The position numbers and the translations under genes were made by a program. A stretch of 48,871 bases of DNA from Pelomyxa schiedti (lineage: Eukaryota; Protista; Evosea), in NCBI GenBank assembly GCA_020536535.1, contig JAHLWZ010000782.1, positions 1-48,871 of the forward strand. Direction: 5' to 3'. Under the pieces are notes generated by a model. The model did no database searches. It had not been told where the DNA came from and saw only the letters and a list, made by a program, of their open reading frames with translations. Positions 11,931-24,138 of the stretch are shown here, in pieces (positions within the stretch are counted from its first letter, which is position 1; each line of letters opens with the position of its first letter).

Positions 11931-14392
11931 TTAGTCAAAGTGTCCAGCATAAATTCTTTTCACAAACACTTTGCTGCCACAGAAACCGACGGCACCTTAT
12001 TGCTTGTATGAGTTCAGGTAGAATTGGATAAAAGGATTTACCGCAAATGAGACCAATTACGCTACAGAGCAAGATTACTGTTCCAAAATAGTATCTGTAC
12101 CACAGTTATTGGGTAACCATGGAAAAAGGTAACGCACATCGTTTGTAAGAATCCACTCATGTCCGTTTTGGTAATGAAGTAGTAAGCACTGTACATGAGT
12201 ACATACAAAGCGGTCGATCCGGCTGACATGAATGAGTTCCACTGCCAGCGGGGGTCCTCGTTGTTAAGCAGCATGTACATCGACACAATTGTTACACAAA
12301 CTATGAAACCGGTTAGAGAAGTTAAGCTTTACGGGAGAACAACTTGTGACAATTATAAGGATGAGGTACACCAGCAACAAAAATCCATAAACGTAGTAGT
12401 ATTTGTAGTGCCATAGCGAGGTGAATATGAAGTACATCTCTATGAAAATAGATCCAAATGGAAGAATGCCTCCAGCAAGAATATGGGCCCAACCTCCAAG
12501 GTACCTGAACGGGATAAGAAATGGAAATTACCTCAGTCTTACCATTTTTTGGGTTCAGGAACTTTTGGTACTGGGCTGACAAGACCTTTTCCTGACGTTG
12601 GCGGAATAAGTGCACGCCCTGCCAGTGTTCCAGCAAAGCATAGAGGTACATTTACAAACAACCAAATGAACCCTACTAATACCTGAAAGGGATGAATCGT
12701 AGGTAATAGTCTAAGTTACGCTGTTGCGTTACCTGTGTGGAAACGTGCATGCCCATGACATGGTACAAAACTTGCATGAAATTAAGCACAACCACGACAC
12801 CAAAACATATTGCAGGGAACAAAGATGAAGTAAGAAGCGCCGTTTTAATCCAATTCTTTCCTACCGAATTGTGAAATCCCTGTAAAAAAAAGGAAGCATG
12901 TACCATTGTTTTCGGCATAGTAGGATCCGCTTGTGTATCCGCCCACAAATGATGTCACGGCGTAGACACCAACAAAAGTAGAAAGAATTTTACCTCTCCT
13001 GAGTGAAGTTGGTTTCTGTGTTACTGGAGAAGGTTCTCACCTGGAATAGAAAGTTCCCATCGAAGCAATTACGATAACGAACAAACACAGAAAAGCGAGT
13101 TGCATGCCGGTGCCATAAATGGAGCTGAACCAAACAAGGTGTGGTGGGGTGCGAAAGACTTCAGCCCGTACTTTCTTCCACCCACTCTCATCAATCTGAA
13201 AAGTGTGGGAACATAGGACGGTAAAGGGTGCAACATACATCATCTCCTTCTTCATCTCCGTGAACAGCAAAATCTTTGTGCAAAATCCTCATAAGTATCA
13301 TTGCAACCAATCCAACAAGGAAAATAACCTTGAAGGTATTGTTGGAGGAAAAAACGAAGCAGAGGTTTATACCATCATGCAGGAATTGAATATACTAAAC
13401 CAGTGAATCTGTTACAGTGTTAACACACTCCTAAACGAGCAGTAAAAGAGTACCTGATGCTCAAAAAAATTGTAGTCCAGGTACTTCTTGAACCTATCTT
13501 CGAATTCTACTGTTGTAGGCACCCAAGTTACGGAATAGGTGAAGTTCAGGGCCAGAGGCACTTGTGTTACTGGAACAGGCTTGCTGTAGTTCAAGCTAAC
13601 CTCGATGACCTGGCGAACAGGTTATTTTCATTGCCACTGTTGTTTGAGGTACATTGTCCATATTATATGAGATGATAAAGTGCTTATGGGTAAAAACTAA
13701 TGGCACTAATTTGCCAGTATTTGCATCAAGTCCTGACTCGCCAACCATTCCCCACACTGGCAAATCATCTGGGAAAAAGGTCACTATTTTTTTGCGGTGC
13801 CGTAAGGTATTACCATAGTAAAACTGGTACCAGTACTGGTGCATTACAGCTTTCTTGAGGCGATTAGCCGCTGATTGAGTCAATTCTTCATTGCACTCAG
13901 ACCTCTCATTAACATCAACTGTAAATTATGGTTTGTTTTTTTTTAAAAAGGATGGAGTCCTCTTAGAAGGGAGAGACCTGCAAAAGGAATCAAAATTGAG
14001 GATTTGACAAGCTCGTAGCCCAAAAGTTGCTCTCCAAGTCCCTCGGGGCGCCCAATGCGCTTTTCGGGCTTGCACAGTGGTAGATAGTAGTAGCCGTAGG
14101 TTTCCTATGAGGAAAGGAAAACCAATGGTTAATTTCTCAGCACGAAAGTGAAGTGAACGGGAGAAACACTAAACAAACAAGGACAATAAGCAACCTGGGG
14201 GTTACGGTAGGGCCCCACTTTATTTGCCCACACGACGGTCTCCTCGCCGACCTTGTGGGAGTACTTGTCGTGGTGGTGACGGTGCTTTGTCTCGTCGCCC
14301 GCAACGTTCCCGGCAAACACGACAACCAGCACTAGTACGAGTGCCACCGCTCCGACGACCCGCCTCATCACAACCCACTCACCACTCTGCAT
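11931..14392 (-). CDS. TM9SF: Transmembrane 9 superfamily protein, TM9SF1/3-like, multi-exon
   Basis: Signal peptide, then [66 protein letters not shown] and C-terminal [12 protein letters not shown] (stop 11931-11933). An alternative ATG lies at 14368. Confidence 0.93.
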
Positions 14393-14578
14393 TCTTTGTT
14401 GTTTTATGATGAAACCATAAACTGAAACAAAAGGCAGAGTCGCGTTTGGCGCCTCCTGTCAATGTGTAAACTGACATTCCTTAACCCTACTCCTTTTGGC
14501 ATCAGGTGACTGTCCTGAGCCTCAGGTGATCAGAAATCGTATTGCCTTTTTTTCCGTAAAACATCGTTGTACGGAACA

Positions 14579-15881
14579 ATGAAAGGGCGACGTAAGGGTA
14601 AGAGGGAGAGCATGAGCACTAGCACATCTGGGGGTAGCTCGAGATCTACCAAGCAACCTGTGGTTGTGCCTGCCACAACCAACCAAAGCGAGGACCGCAT
14701 TATGGGACTGGTGTCCATGGCGCTCCTCGCACTGCAATTTGGACTACAACCATTCTTAACGAAGGCACTTTTGTTTGTTTCATTTATTAGTTGCTTTGTA
14801 ATGTTTTATGTGTTTGCCTGACTTACAGACAGACATTCACGTCTGGTTCTGCTAGTAAGATATCAATTGTACTTGTATGCGAGGTATTTAAGTTTGGTGT
14901 TGCATCGTGTGTGTTATGCAGTACTGCAGCGGGGAGACTATGCGTGAGGCTTTGGGAGTGGAAAACAAGCCTGGCCTGTGCGCTGGTTCCTGCTATGATT
15001 TATGCTGTTCAGAATATTTGCCTTCAGGTTCAGAATGCACTCACTACTTTTTTTTTTATTTCATCATCAAATTAATTTGTGAGGCGGTCTGTAGGTGGCA
15101 TATCAATATTTGAATCCCACTACATTTCAGCTCATAAACCAGACAAAAATTTTATGGACAGCTCTATTTACTTTCGTTGTTCTTTCCAAGAAGTATTTCC
15201 CTCTATACTCCCGTCTAGAAGATATTTATCCCGCACAGACAATCCAGAGCACAGTGCGCCGCACTTGTTGTACTTGTATTTTCTGCAGTATTGATCACTA
15301 CTGGGGGGAAAGACAGCGGTCACAAGGTTGACGACTTGTATATCGGTAAGACTTTAGGGTAGGTGCAAAAACTCACTGGTTTTCCAGGTCTTATTCCCGC
15401 ATTTGTGGCGGCACTGCTATCTGGTCTCGCATCTGCTCTTTCACAGTGGTCTCTACAAGGAAAGAATAGGAACACATATTTATTCAGTGCCGAATTGGCT
15501 GTCTACACCTCCCTGGTTTTACTTGTTCAAAGCGGAACAAGTGCTGCGTGGAGCGGAGACTGGAAATTTGTCACGGGATTCTTTACCGGTTGGACCCCGA
15601 GCACACTCATACCAGTTGCAACGAATGGTGTTGGAGGGGTCATTGTGGGACTGGTCACCAAATATGCCGGCAGCGTTTCCAAGGGCTATTCCATTGTTGC
15701 CGGAATCCTTCTGACAGCCACAATAGAGATTCTAGCAGGCAGTGAAAGTACCGCAGTTCCAGCATGGAAACTATGCGTGGCGGTACCTCTTGTAGCCATC
15801 AGTACCCTCGTTCACACACTGTATCCCCCTGCCCCTGCTCAACCAATATCACAACCGGAAAAACCACACAAGAAAGAGTAG
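14579..15881 (+). CDS. Nucleotide-sugar transporter, SLC35A family, ROCK1/UDP-GlcNAc transporter-like
   Basis: LLALQFGLQPFLTK, VLVCEVFK, VPAMIYAVQN, TTFQLINQTKILWTALF, GLIPAFVAALLSGLASALSQW and GFFTGWT...NGVGGVIVGLVTKYAGSVSKG match Nuc_sug_transp motifs. By recall they are closest to the plant ROCK1 type. Confidence 0.88.
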
Positions 15882-16604
15882 CCTCTGCTTTCCCATAATC
15901 GCCAGCCGGCCCTAACTAGTAATGACTGTTTGTTTCTTTTTTCTGCCCTATTTTTGCACTCAGTGGGTAGTGGGTACCTGTGTTAGTGAGGCTCCCACAC
16001 TATGTACTGATGCAACAAGTACTTAACTGATTTGTTTAAGACCTCTGAGGGTTCCCTCCCTGGTGAAAAAATTGTCAGGTACATCTTTTTTGTTCCCTCC
16101 CATAACAAATAACCCAGGGTACTGCGCACTACACCAACTGAGAGTCGCGCAGTCACGCAGACTGCCTGATAGAATTGCCCTTGTGGGTTCTTTCTCACTG
16201 AGGGTTTATCAAGTCAGGGCACACCATTTCCTGTTTGCTTTGACGACATTCCTTGGTGTGTCTCTACTCACCAGGGTCACATCTCAGGAATTACAATTGT
16301 TTTTTTTCCCATAACTTCCTCGTGACGACCATTCGTTAGTACCAAACGGATTTTGTGTTGAGATGACACTGCACATAGTGTGTAGTGAGGCTTCCATTTG
16401 CCGAGGTTCCCACAAGAAAACCTGTGCAATAACAAACCCGGTCTGGCTACTCTAGAATATGGGAGGAAAACACCCTACCCATAGGCATATTAGAAAGACA
16501 CAGTACAAGTGTTTTCTTATGTTTTTTTACTTAGAAGGAAAGGGGAAGTTTTTGCTTTGGTTTGTACCCTTTTTATAAAATGCCTTGTCTTGGGTCTGAT
16601 CCAT

Positions 16605-17871
16605 TCAGGGAATGTCTCCAACTTTTTTTAGGAAGGCCATGAGACGGGCTTCAGACCTGCGGGCTCTGTTGCTTGTTGGAATGGGTCTGGGTTTGTGTTG
16701 TTTTTGTGATTTTGTTGCGGTTGCGGTTCTGGTTGTTGCTTCTGTTTCGTTACTGGTTCTGGGAACCTTTGTGCCTTGTTCCTCTGGGGCATCAGTCCAT
16801 TCACCATTCCAGTTGTTGGAATTCTTCCCACCACCTCCTCCATCAACCCAGGCTGATGTAGCAAGGAGGGGATCTTCATGGATATGCGGTGTGACCTGCT
16901 TCTTTCGCTCGATCGGGGTCTTGGTTGGGTCGCGGGGGCCAAGACGAAGTTTGATAGGTTTTGAGTGCGAGTCTCCCTTGTGCGCTTCAAGGCTGTCATT
17001 GTATGTATCAATAGCTAGCAAAATATGCCGCAGCGATTCCCTGTCGGGGCAGGTAAGCTGGCATTTCAGTTGGAACATTCTAAATAGGGATGAGAATAGG
17101 AATTCATGTAGAACTCAGTACACACCCAAACCGGTCAGTAATGGGTTTAATTACTACAGCGGGATTAGGTGGAATCCCTTCGACGGTGAGTAATTGCCTT
17201 ATGTTGGAAACAGAATGCATGATAGACCGTAAATTCGACAACTGCAAGTAACATGGAAACTGTAACATCGCATAAGCACAAGGCATAATATGACAGCAAT
17301 AAAATAGGAAACAAATGCGTACCACGATTCTGTTCAATAATCTTTCAGTAGGAGAGATATCATCAGCAGCAACAGAATCGGCACCCAGTTCCGCGGAATC
17401 ATCCTCATTGTTGTGTACAGTATTCGCGTCGCTTTTCGGTAGTTCCGAAACCTCAGGCGGTGCCGATGTCTGTGTTTGTGATTGTGATTGTGGGTCCTGT
17501 GAAGGTGGTGCTGGTGATTCTAATTTAATGACAGGGGTTAGTGGTGATGCCGGCTGCTGTGGCGGGACTGTTTCGCCACAACCACGTGGTTCTGTTGATG
17601 TTGGTGATGGTGATGGTGACGTGGGTGTGGTTTGGAATAGCTTCCCAGGCACCTTGTTCAGTCTCTCCTTTTTAATCCTTTTGCATAGCGACGTGGCGTT
17701 GTGTGTCGGAGCACGTGGTGCACGAACCGGTGATGGCTTGTTGTTCCTAGTTAGTGTGTTATCGTCGGTGCGGCTTGACAAGAAAACACAAGAAACAAAC
17801 AACATCAAGGACGCTCACTTCTTAGCGGGATCTCCCCTGGTTGTGACAACACCCCCGCGGTCTTTCCCCAT
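16605..17871 (-). CDS. Hypothetical basic/low-complexity protein, multi-exon
   Basis: ATG 17871 (MGKDRGGVVTTRGDPAK), GT-AG intron, then the 17104..17808 ORF frame (KRIKKERLNK, P/S/Q-rich). It splices on to the 16605..17078 ORF (FQLKCQL...RLMAFLKKVGDIP*). No recognised domain. Confidence 0.55.
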
Positions 17872-17947
17872 CGCTTTAATTAAGAGCCGCAAAGCAACTG
17901 ATTGAACGCCCAAGCAAGAAGAAACAAAACGAAACGAAAAACATTTG

Positions 17948-20900
17948 ATGGTTCGCATTACACCGGCCGTGGGCGTTGGTTGCACCCCCAACGAGCAGTA
18001 CCACCACCACAACCACCGCGTTGGCCCCACCACCCCCCCCGCCCACGCCACTACTGCTCCCTCGACAACAAACAACCCCCATCCTCCTCCCCTGTTGCAG
18101 CGCCCTACGCCGCCACGCACCGCCGCGGCCGCCACCACCACCACCACTGCCAGCAGCAGCAACCCCCAAGGGGCCGCGCGTGTGCCACAGCCGCCGCATG
18201 GGGCCCCTCCTCCGCTTTCGTCCCTCGCCACACCGTCCGGCGGGGGTGGGGGGGGACCTGGCCCCAAGCCCCCCGGTGCCCGCCCGCAGCCAGCTCCCCC
18301 TGTCTCGCCCCCGCCGGGGACCACAGCGACAGGGGGGGCCAAGGCACCACCACCGGTGGCGTGCCCGTCGTGCCTGACTGCCCTCGTGTTTGGTCGCCAG
18401 ACCACATCCACCTCCGAGTCACAACCACGAGGAACGGGCGGGGGAGGGGGAGGGGCCGAGTGGAGGAGGGCGAGGGTGTCCGATGACAACGTGGTGGCTT
18501 TACAGATGAGGAATGTCACTGGCACTGGGACTGGCACTGGCACTGCGGTCGAGGTGCGGCAGGGGCAAAGTGATGCTGCTGCTGCTGGATACCGTATTGT
18601 TGTTGGCGATGTAGATGATAACATGCCCTGCTGGGTGCTGGCTACTGCCGCTGACCAGAGGGGTACTACGTCGTCGCCTATTCATCGTGATTTCTTTCTT
18701 ACTTGCGTAATAGAAATCGACGATGACTGGCTATTCATTCTGGACCTGCTTGTTACTGTGTTCCCGCAGTGCATGGAATCCCCAGCCTGGTCCGAGACCC
18801 TGCCCAAGGGTACTGGTTTCACCTGGGCCAAGATTCCTTGACTGTTTGTAGGTGGTCTGGAGTTACTGAATAAAAGGAAGTTTCTTGTTCACTATTTGCA
18901 ACGGCGATTGAAGCCTAATTCCCCTCAGCCTCCAAGCACAACTACAAACAGTGTATCAAAACTTCGTTCTCTTCCGACTCCAAATCCAGTTTCCCGTTCA
19001 CTACCAACCTCTGTACCCTCCACACCCTCCCTTCAGCAGCAACCTGCAAGTATTATTCCTCCGCCTCCCTCTGTGTCGGACTGGTATATCCCACCACCAG
19101 TTGCCGAATCTACTGCAACAACAAAGGTAAGGCATCTCACGCTAAGGATGTCAAAAATTTCGCGAGACATGATACCTATTCCAGGGCAATGCTGATCTCT
19201 TTGCCGAAGTTGCGAGATGGGACCTCAAGAAAGAAGGACTGCAACAGGTACCTCGTCAGAGGTTTGACTCAATCTTATTCACCCATAGGCCCTTAGGCCC
19301 ATACAAGATCAGACAATGAAGGCATTGGAACAACTTTACCAAGGTTACCAACAAAAAGTAAGAGCAATCATTGCCACGCAATTTGACCACGTGAGTTAAT
19401 TTAGTCTCTATCCCCTTCTCAGATTTAAATGACAAAAAAAAAAAATATCAGGGAGTTGCAACTCAAGTTCAATCAGATATGAAAAAGGCGGAACAAAAGC
19501 ATTTAGAGGCGCTTAAAGAAATGTGGGAGCACCAAAGCACTTTTTTTTTTCTCATTGCTCTAGTATGTTTGGAAGGAATTCACTGTTGAGCCAATCAATA
19601 GAGGAAGAAAGCAAAAAAAGAAAGGATGCCTATCTGGTATTTTTACTTTTACAAACCGTTACTCAAAATCAGAAAGTTTAGCCAAAAAGTTATTACTGTG
19701 CAGCGACTTGTCAAAGGATGGCTCACAAGAAATAGATACCAAAAACTAAGTACTTCAACCAGTAATAACACTTCATTAACATTCATAAAGAGAAGACGTG
19801 CACAATCAGAACTAGGACAGTACAAGAGCTGCTGGTTACAGAGCGGACCTATGTTGATTCCTTAGCTATCTTAAAGAAAGTGCGTTTTTTTTTTTTTTTT
19901 TAGTAAATGGCTTGCCACTCATCTTTTTTTTTTTGGTGCAGGAGTTCAGCGAACCCCTCAAACTGAATCTCCATACAAGTAAACCATTCATTACAGCAGA
20001 GAATGTAAACGCGTTGTTCTCAAATTTTGAGAAAATACTTGTTATGCACCAAGGTTTTTTTTTCATTTCATAAATACCCCAAAATAAGTCCCTCACAGAG
20101 CTACTTGGTGAATTAACTGCCCGAGTAGCGAAATGGAATGTCTGGAAAACACCTATTAGTGATATATTTAATGACATCATGCCCTATATGAAGTCATACT
20201 CACTCTACATCAACTCATATGACAAAGCTATTGCAACACTAACTGGTCTCACTTCCTCCAATCCAGAATTTGCATCCTGGCTGAATGTATGTTTGACTTT
20301 TCCCGTTTTTGGGATAACCAATAAAGATGGTCCAAGCAAAACCGGAGCTCAAAGGGAAATTGCTCAACTCGTACCTGATATTACCTGGTCTTTTATTCCC
20401 TTTTTTATGCACCTTTTTTCCAACCTATAATCAACAATACAGTTCAAAGGCAAGTCATGACTACCCATACATAATTGGTAACCTGCCACGACAGGATCCC
20501 GCGATACCAGCTACTTCTTCAGGAGATTCTGAAAAATACCCCGACTGATCATTTCGACTATGCACCACTCACCAGCACCCTTACTTCTATAAAGAAAGTA
20601 GCCAGTGAAATAAATGAAGCAAAACGTAGAGCTGAAGCTCAAGAAAAAGTGCTTTTTATCCAGCACGCTTTGGGTAGTCAAGCACCTGTGTGAGAATAAA
20701 TACTCTGACCAAAACCTCACAAGCAAACAGGACTTGTATCAACCACATCGCTATCTCTGCAAAGAAGGGCCGGTTATGCAAGAGAAAACAGATGAATTAG
20801 TGCCAGTTTTCCTCATACTCTTCACGGGTAGTGTGCTCTCAATGTTTTCTATTTGCTAACAGAGAGCAGACAAAATTCTTATCACTCTGAAAAAGAAGCA

Positions 20901-22084
20901 AGAAAATAGTGAAAAATTCACACTAACAAAACTTGAAGATTGGAACCTTGCACCTTACTGTGAAGCGATTGCTTTACCTGCTAAACCCAGTTAGTATTTC
21001 GCTTTTAAAGCCATCTTATTCTTATGTCTAAAAAAAGTGTGGCGTTTTCAATTTGGTATGCACATTAAAACCCGACGAAGTGAAGGATTTTTCTTCATGG
21101 AAGACCAGCAACAAAGGGACTCCTGGCTGGAAATAATTTCTGCTGTGGCTGAAGCAATTAAAAAGAACACCCTTTCCGTTTTGCGTATGAAGCCTCCCTT
21201 CCTCAAGCAAATCTTTTTAACGATTTTTCAGTTGGCAAGTTAGAACAATCGCAACAGCTGAACACATCAACAACAATTGAATCCCCGCCACCAGCACCAA
21301 CCCGGGAACCGTCTTCCAGACTTTCTGTATACCTTGACCCAACCTCTCTTCTGAGCTCTTTTATAAAAGGAGCTCAGCGGTCCTCCACCAACAATCTTAC
21401 ATCACCGGCACCTTCTACAACTCCGCCACTTCAGTCTATACAATCACCCCGGCAACTTACCACCACCAAGGTTCCGACTGAAGAGAAGAGGAACTACAAA
21501 GTGGAATCCATGATTTCTCTGTACAAAGAAGTGCTGAAGCTTCATTCCGAAGTCATGAGTACACAAGTGGACCTGAGTACTTTATTCCCCAGCTACTTCA
21601 ATAAACTCCACCCTGACTTGACAGCAAGACTTAGAGGTACTTTTTTCGAATTTTTGTCTTTAATCGCTCTCACAGGGAAAGCGGACCTCTTATTATCGAA
21701 ATTAAAAGAAATGGAGTCCATTTCCACTCAGGCTCTGGAACTTATCAAAGAGGAGAGCCACTTTTCTCAGTTTGATGAACAGCTCTCTGTAATTACATTC
21801 CCTTGAGCAATCTAAAATAAAAACCTTACACTTCCCACAGAAGGGATTGGAATTCATTGACCCAGTTAGAATGTGGGTGATTGCACTCTGTGATGGAACA
21901 CTCAACACACCAGCCGGCCCCAAGTTGGTTGAACAAAACCCAAAGAGATTAATGGCGCAGCTGTTGGCTTGGTATCTTCGCCTGGTTCAAACACAAAACT
22001 TATATTCCCAGGTTCCTTGAGACTAAGAAATTGTGGGAAGTTCTTACACAGAGTGACCTGGACTCAATCTGCAGTGTGCCATAA
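17948..22084 (+). CDS. Dbl-family RhoGEF: P-rich N-terminus, possible PX-like region, IQ motif, DH-PH, helical C-terminus
   Basis: DH motifs ELLVTERTYVDSL, LFSNFEKIL, MPYMKSYSLYINSYDKA and RIPRYQLLLQEILKNTP...IKKVASEINE. PH motifs HRYLCKEG, FLILFT and RDSWLEII. IQ motif VITVQRLVKGWLTRNRY at 19689-19740. Last exon ends DSICSVP* (TAA 22082-22084). Confidence 0.85.
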
Positions 22085-22304
22085 CAAACCGGACCCTCAC
22101 CGAGAGCTCCAACCGCACAAAGTTACTTTGGGTGGGATGTCTGGCAATCAACGGACCAGACAGGTTTGCTGTTGGGTCTGTGTGTGCTTACGGTAGCCAA
22201 ACCAAAAACGGCAAGAGCTGTTTCGCGCATAAACAGAAAAAAAAAGCCTCCTTCCATTTATAAACTGAAGAACAAACACAGAATCAACAAAAGGAAAACA
22301 AAAA

Positions 22305-23221
22305 ATGCCGGTGTGCGAAACGTGTAGTAGGGAGGGACACACTTGTGACGCGGGGAAATGCAAAGGTTGCGGATATCCGACAATGTACAAGTTGTGTGCT
22401 GGGTGCAGTACGACTTTGGGCCTGTGTATGTACTGCGGTGTGACACAAGTGGCAGTCACACCACCACCTCCGCCGCCTGTTGCTGTTGTGCATCATCCCC
22501 CTCCAAGAATGATGGGTTCTATCGCTCCCCCAATTCATCGACCTCCCATCATGGTAAGCCTTCAAATTTCGTTGTACTAGTGTCTAACACACACACAACC
22601 CAAAAAAAAAAAAAAACAACTCAATAGCCACCAATCCGAGGGGATCCGATCCCACCGCCGCTTCCACCTGATCCCTTCACTCAGAACAGAGAATGGGCAG
22701 TAATTTTCCAAGCTGCTGGTTTCACAGAAGCCCAGCTTCAGTTCCCGCTTGTTCGTTTGGCTATACTTCGACAAGTTCACAGAAATTCCTCACCTCCAGA
22801 GCATATGCCTTCCACCTCTTCAATCCCAGGAAAGCTATCCCACTACTTTTAGTGCGACTGTTAATTGTGCAACAGATAAGGCTTTCCTCATTACCGATCT
22901 TGGAAACCTGCGAACGCGAATTGACAGGAACCTTCCAAAATTGCGCTGTCGTTCAGGTCACAGCTTGTCTGCCAAATCACCAGCCCAGTTGACAGATGAA
23001 AATTCGGGCTATTCTTCTGGGTATGAAATCCAACATAAATGCATCTTTTGAAAACAACAAAGGTTCCACTGTGACCTTTGTTCTGTTACATATCCGGATA
23101 AGAGGTCCATGCATTGCAGCATTTGCCAGTAATCTTCACATCTAACATAACACACCCCTAACTGGAATGCCAAAGGTTCGACATGTGCGAAAAGTGTGGC
23201 CTTAACCTTCTTGAGGGATAA
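22305..23221 (+). CDS. Cys-rich zinc-binding protein: CRIPT-like N-terminal finger, Pro-rich linker, C-terminal ZZ-like finger; internal splicing unresolved
   Basis: MPVCETC...CKGCGYPTMYKLCAGCSTTLGLCMYCG, then PPPPPP, then CRSGHSL...SG, FHCDLCSVTYPDKRSMHCSICQ and FDMCEKCGLNLLEG* (TAA 23219-23221). Confidence 0.6.
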
Positions 23222-23360
23222 AAACCATATTTATTTCCTTCCCTACCTCACACACTCGCTACTACAGTCTACACTGGGCAAAATCTATTTATAAAGAAAT
23301 ATTTACGCATCAATTCCCTCAGATCAGTTTCGAGGAAGCAATCAAATCAAAACACAACAA

Positions 23361-23900
23361 TCAAAGCGATTGTATTTTTCTTGAGAATACTTGCACATGA
23401 TGCAGTCTCTTCACAGACTTCCTGTCGCCCTTGTTCTCGTACCACATAACTTCATAGTGGGGACCCAGGGCCCTCCCCAGCTCGTTGTCAACCTCGGCCT
23501 CGGTCAAGTGCCTCCCACTCCACAGCACCTGGTGCCGTATGCCATCAGCGACCCAGTAGGGGTAGTCGTTGTCGCTCAGCTGCACGAACGTGGCTTCATC
23601 GTACCACTCAGGCCTTCGCGCTTCCATAACACCCCAGGGGATTGTTGCCAGGGTTGCTGGTGTTTCGGTCAGGTGCGGGATCCAACCAAAGTGCTTCACA
23701 AGAACGAAGTCGTCGACTGATTTCCAGGTGCCCTTGAGTCCTCTCATCGTATCTACATACAGAGCCAAAATCTGAGGGTCACGTCCAAGCAGTTCAGTCT
23801 TTCCCGATTCAAGTATCTCCCGCAATTCGTCCCACGAGAATCCCTTCGTCAGTGGCACAGAGTCCACGACAGGGAAAAATTGTGTGTTGTCTGTTTGCAT
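23361..23900 (-). CDS. DUF3605 (Gig1/Htc1 HIT-like) family protein, intronless, 179 aa
   Basis: FSWDELREI...LGR, NDYPYWVADGIRHQVLWS and WYEN...KSVKRLHHVQVF match the family pattern W..L..I..LGR / NDxPY..H...WS / N...KS....H.HV. Confidence 0.8.
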   Translation of the reverse strand: MQTDNTQFFPVVDSVPLTKGFSWDELREILESGKTELLGRDPQILALYVDTMRGLKGTWKSVDDFVLVKHFGWIPHLTETPATLATIPWGVMEARRPEWYDEATFVQLSDNDYPYWVADGIRHQVLWSGRHLTEAEVDNELGRALGPHYEVMWYENKGDRKSVKRLHHVQVFSRKIQSL

Positions 23901-24138
23901 TTGTTTTTATAATTTGTTCTTTGTTATTGTTGGTGGTGTCTCGTCACAAGGGCCTTGTCACACAGAAGCCACGTGGCCCAAGAACCCCAAACAATTTGGA
24001 ACGCAACAAGAATGTGTTTAATGTTTGTCAGCTTCAAGCGACTGAGAGTGATTCCCTCAGTGGGCAGCGCAACCTTCAGGAAGAGATCTGTTCTTTTTCT
24101 CAAAAAACCGGTTGGTTTTTGAAAGGAAAAAAAAAAAT

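Noticed and set aside
17815-18624. Long overlapping ORFs in several frames (17815..18624 -, 17902..18486 +, 17976..18377 +)
   Set aside because: A GC-rich, low-complexity first exon of the RhoGEF depletes stop codons. Only 17948 onward splices into DH-PH.
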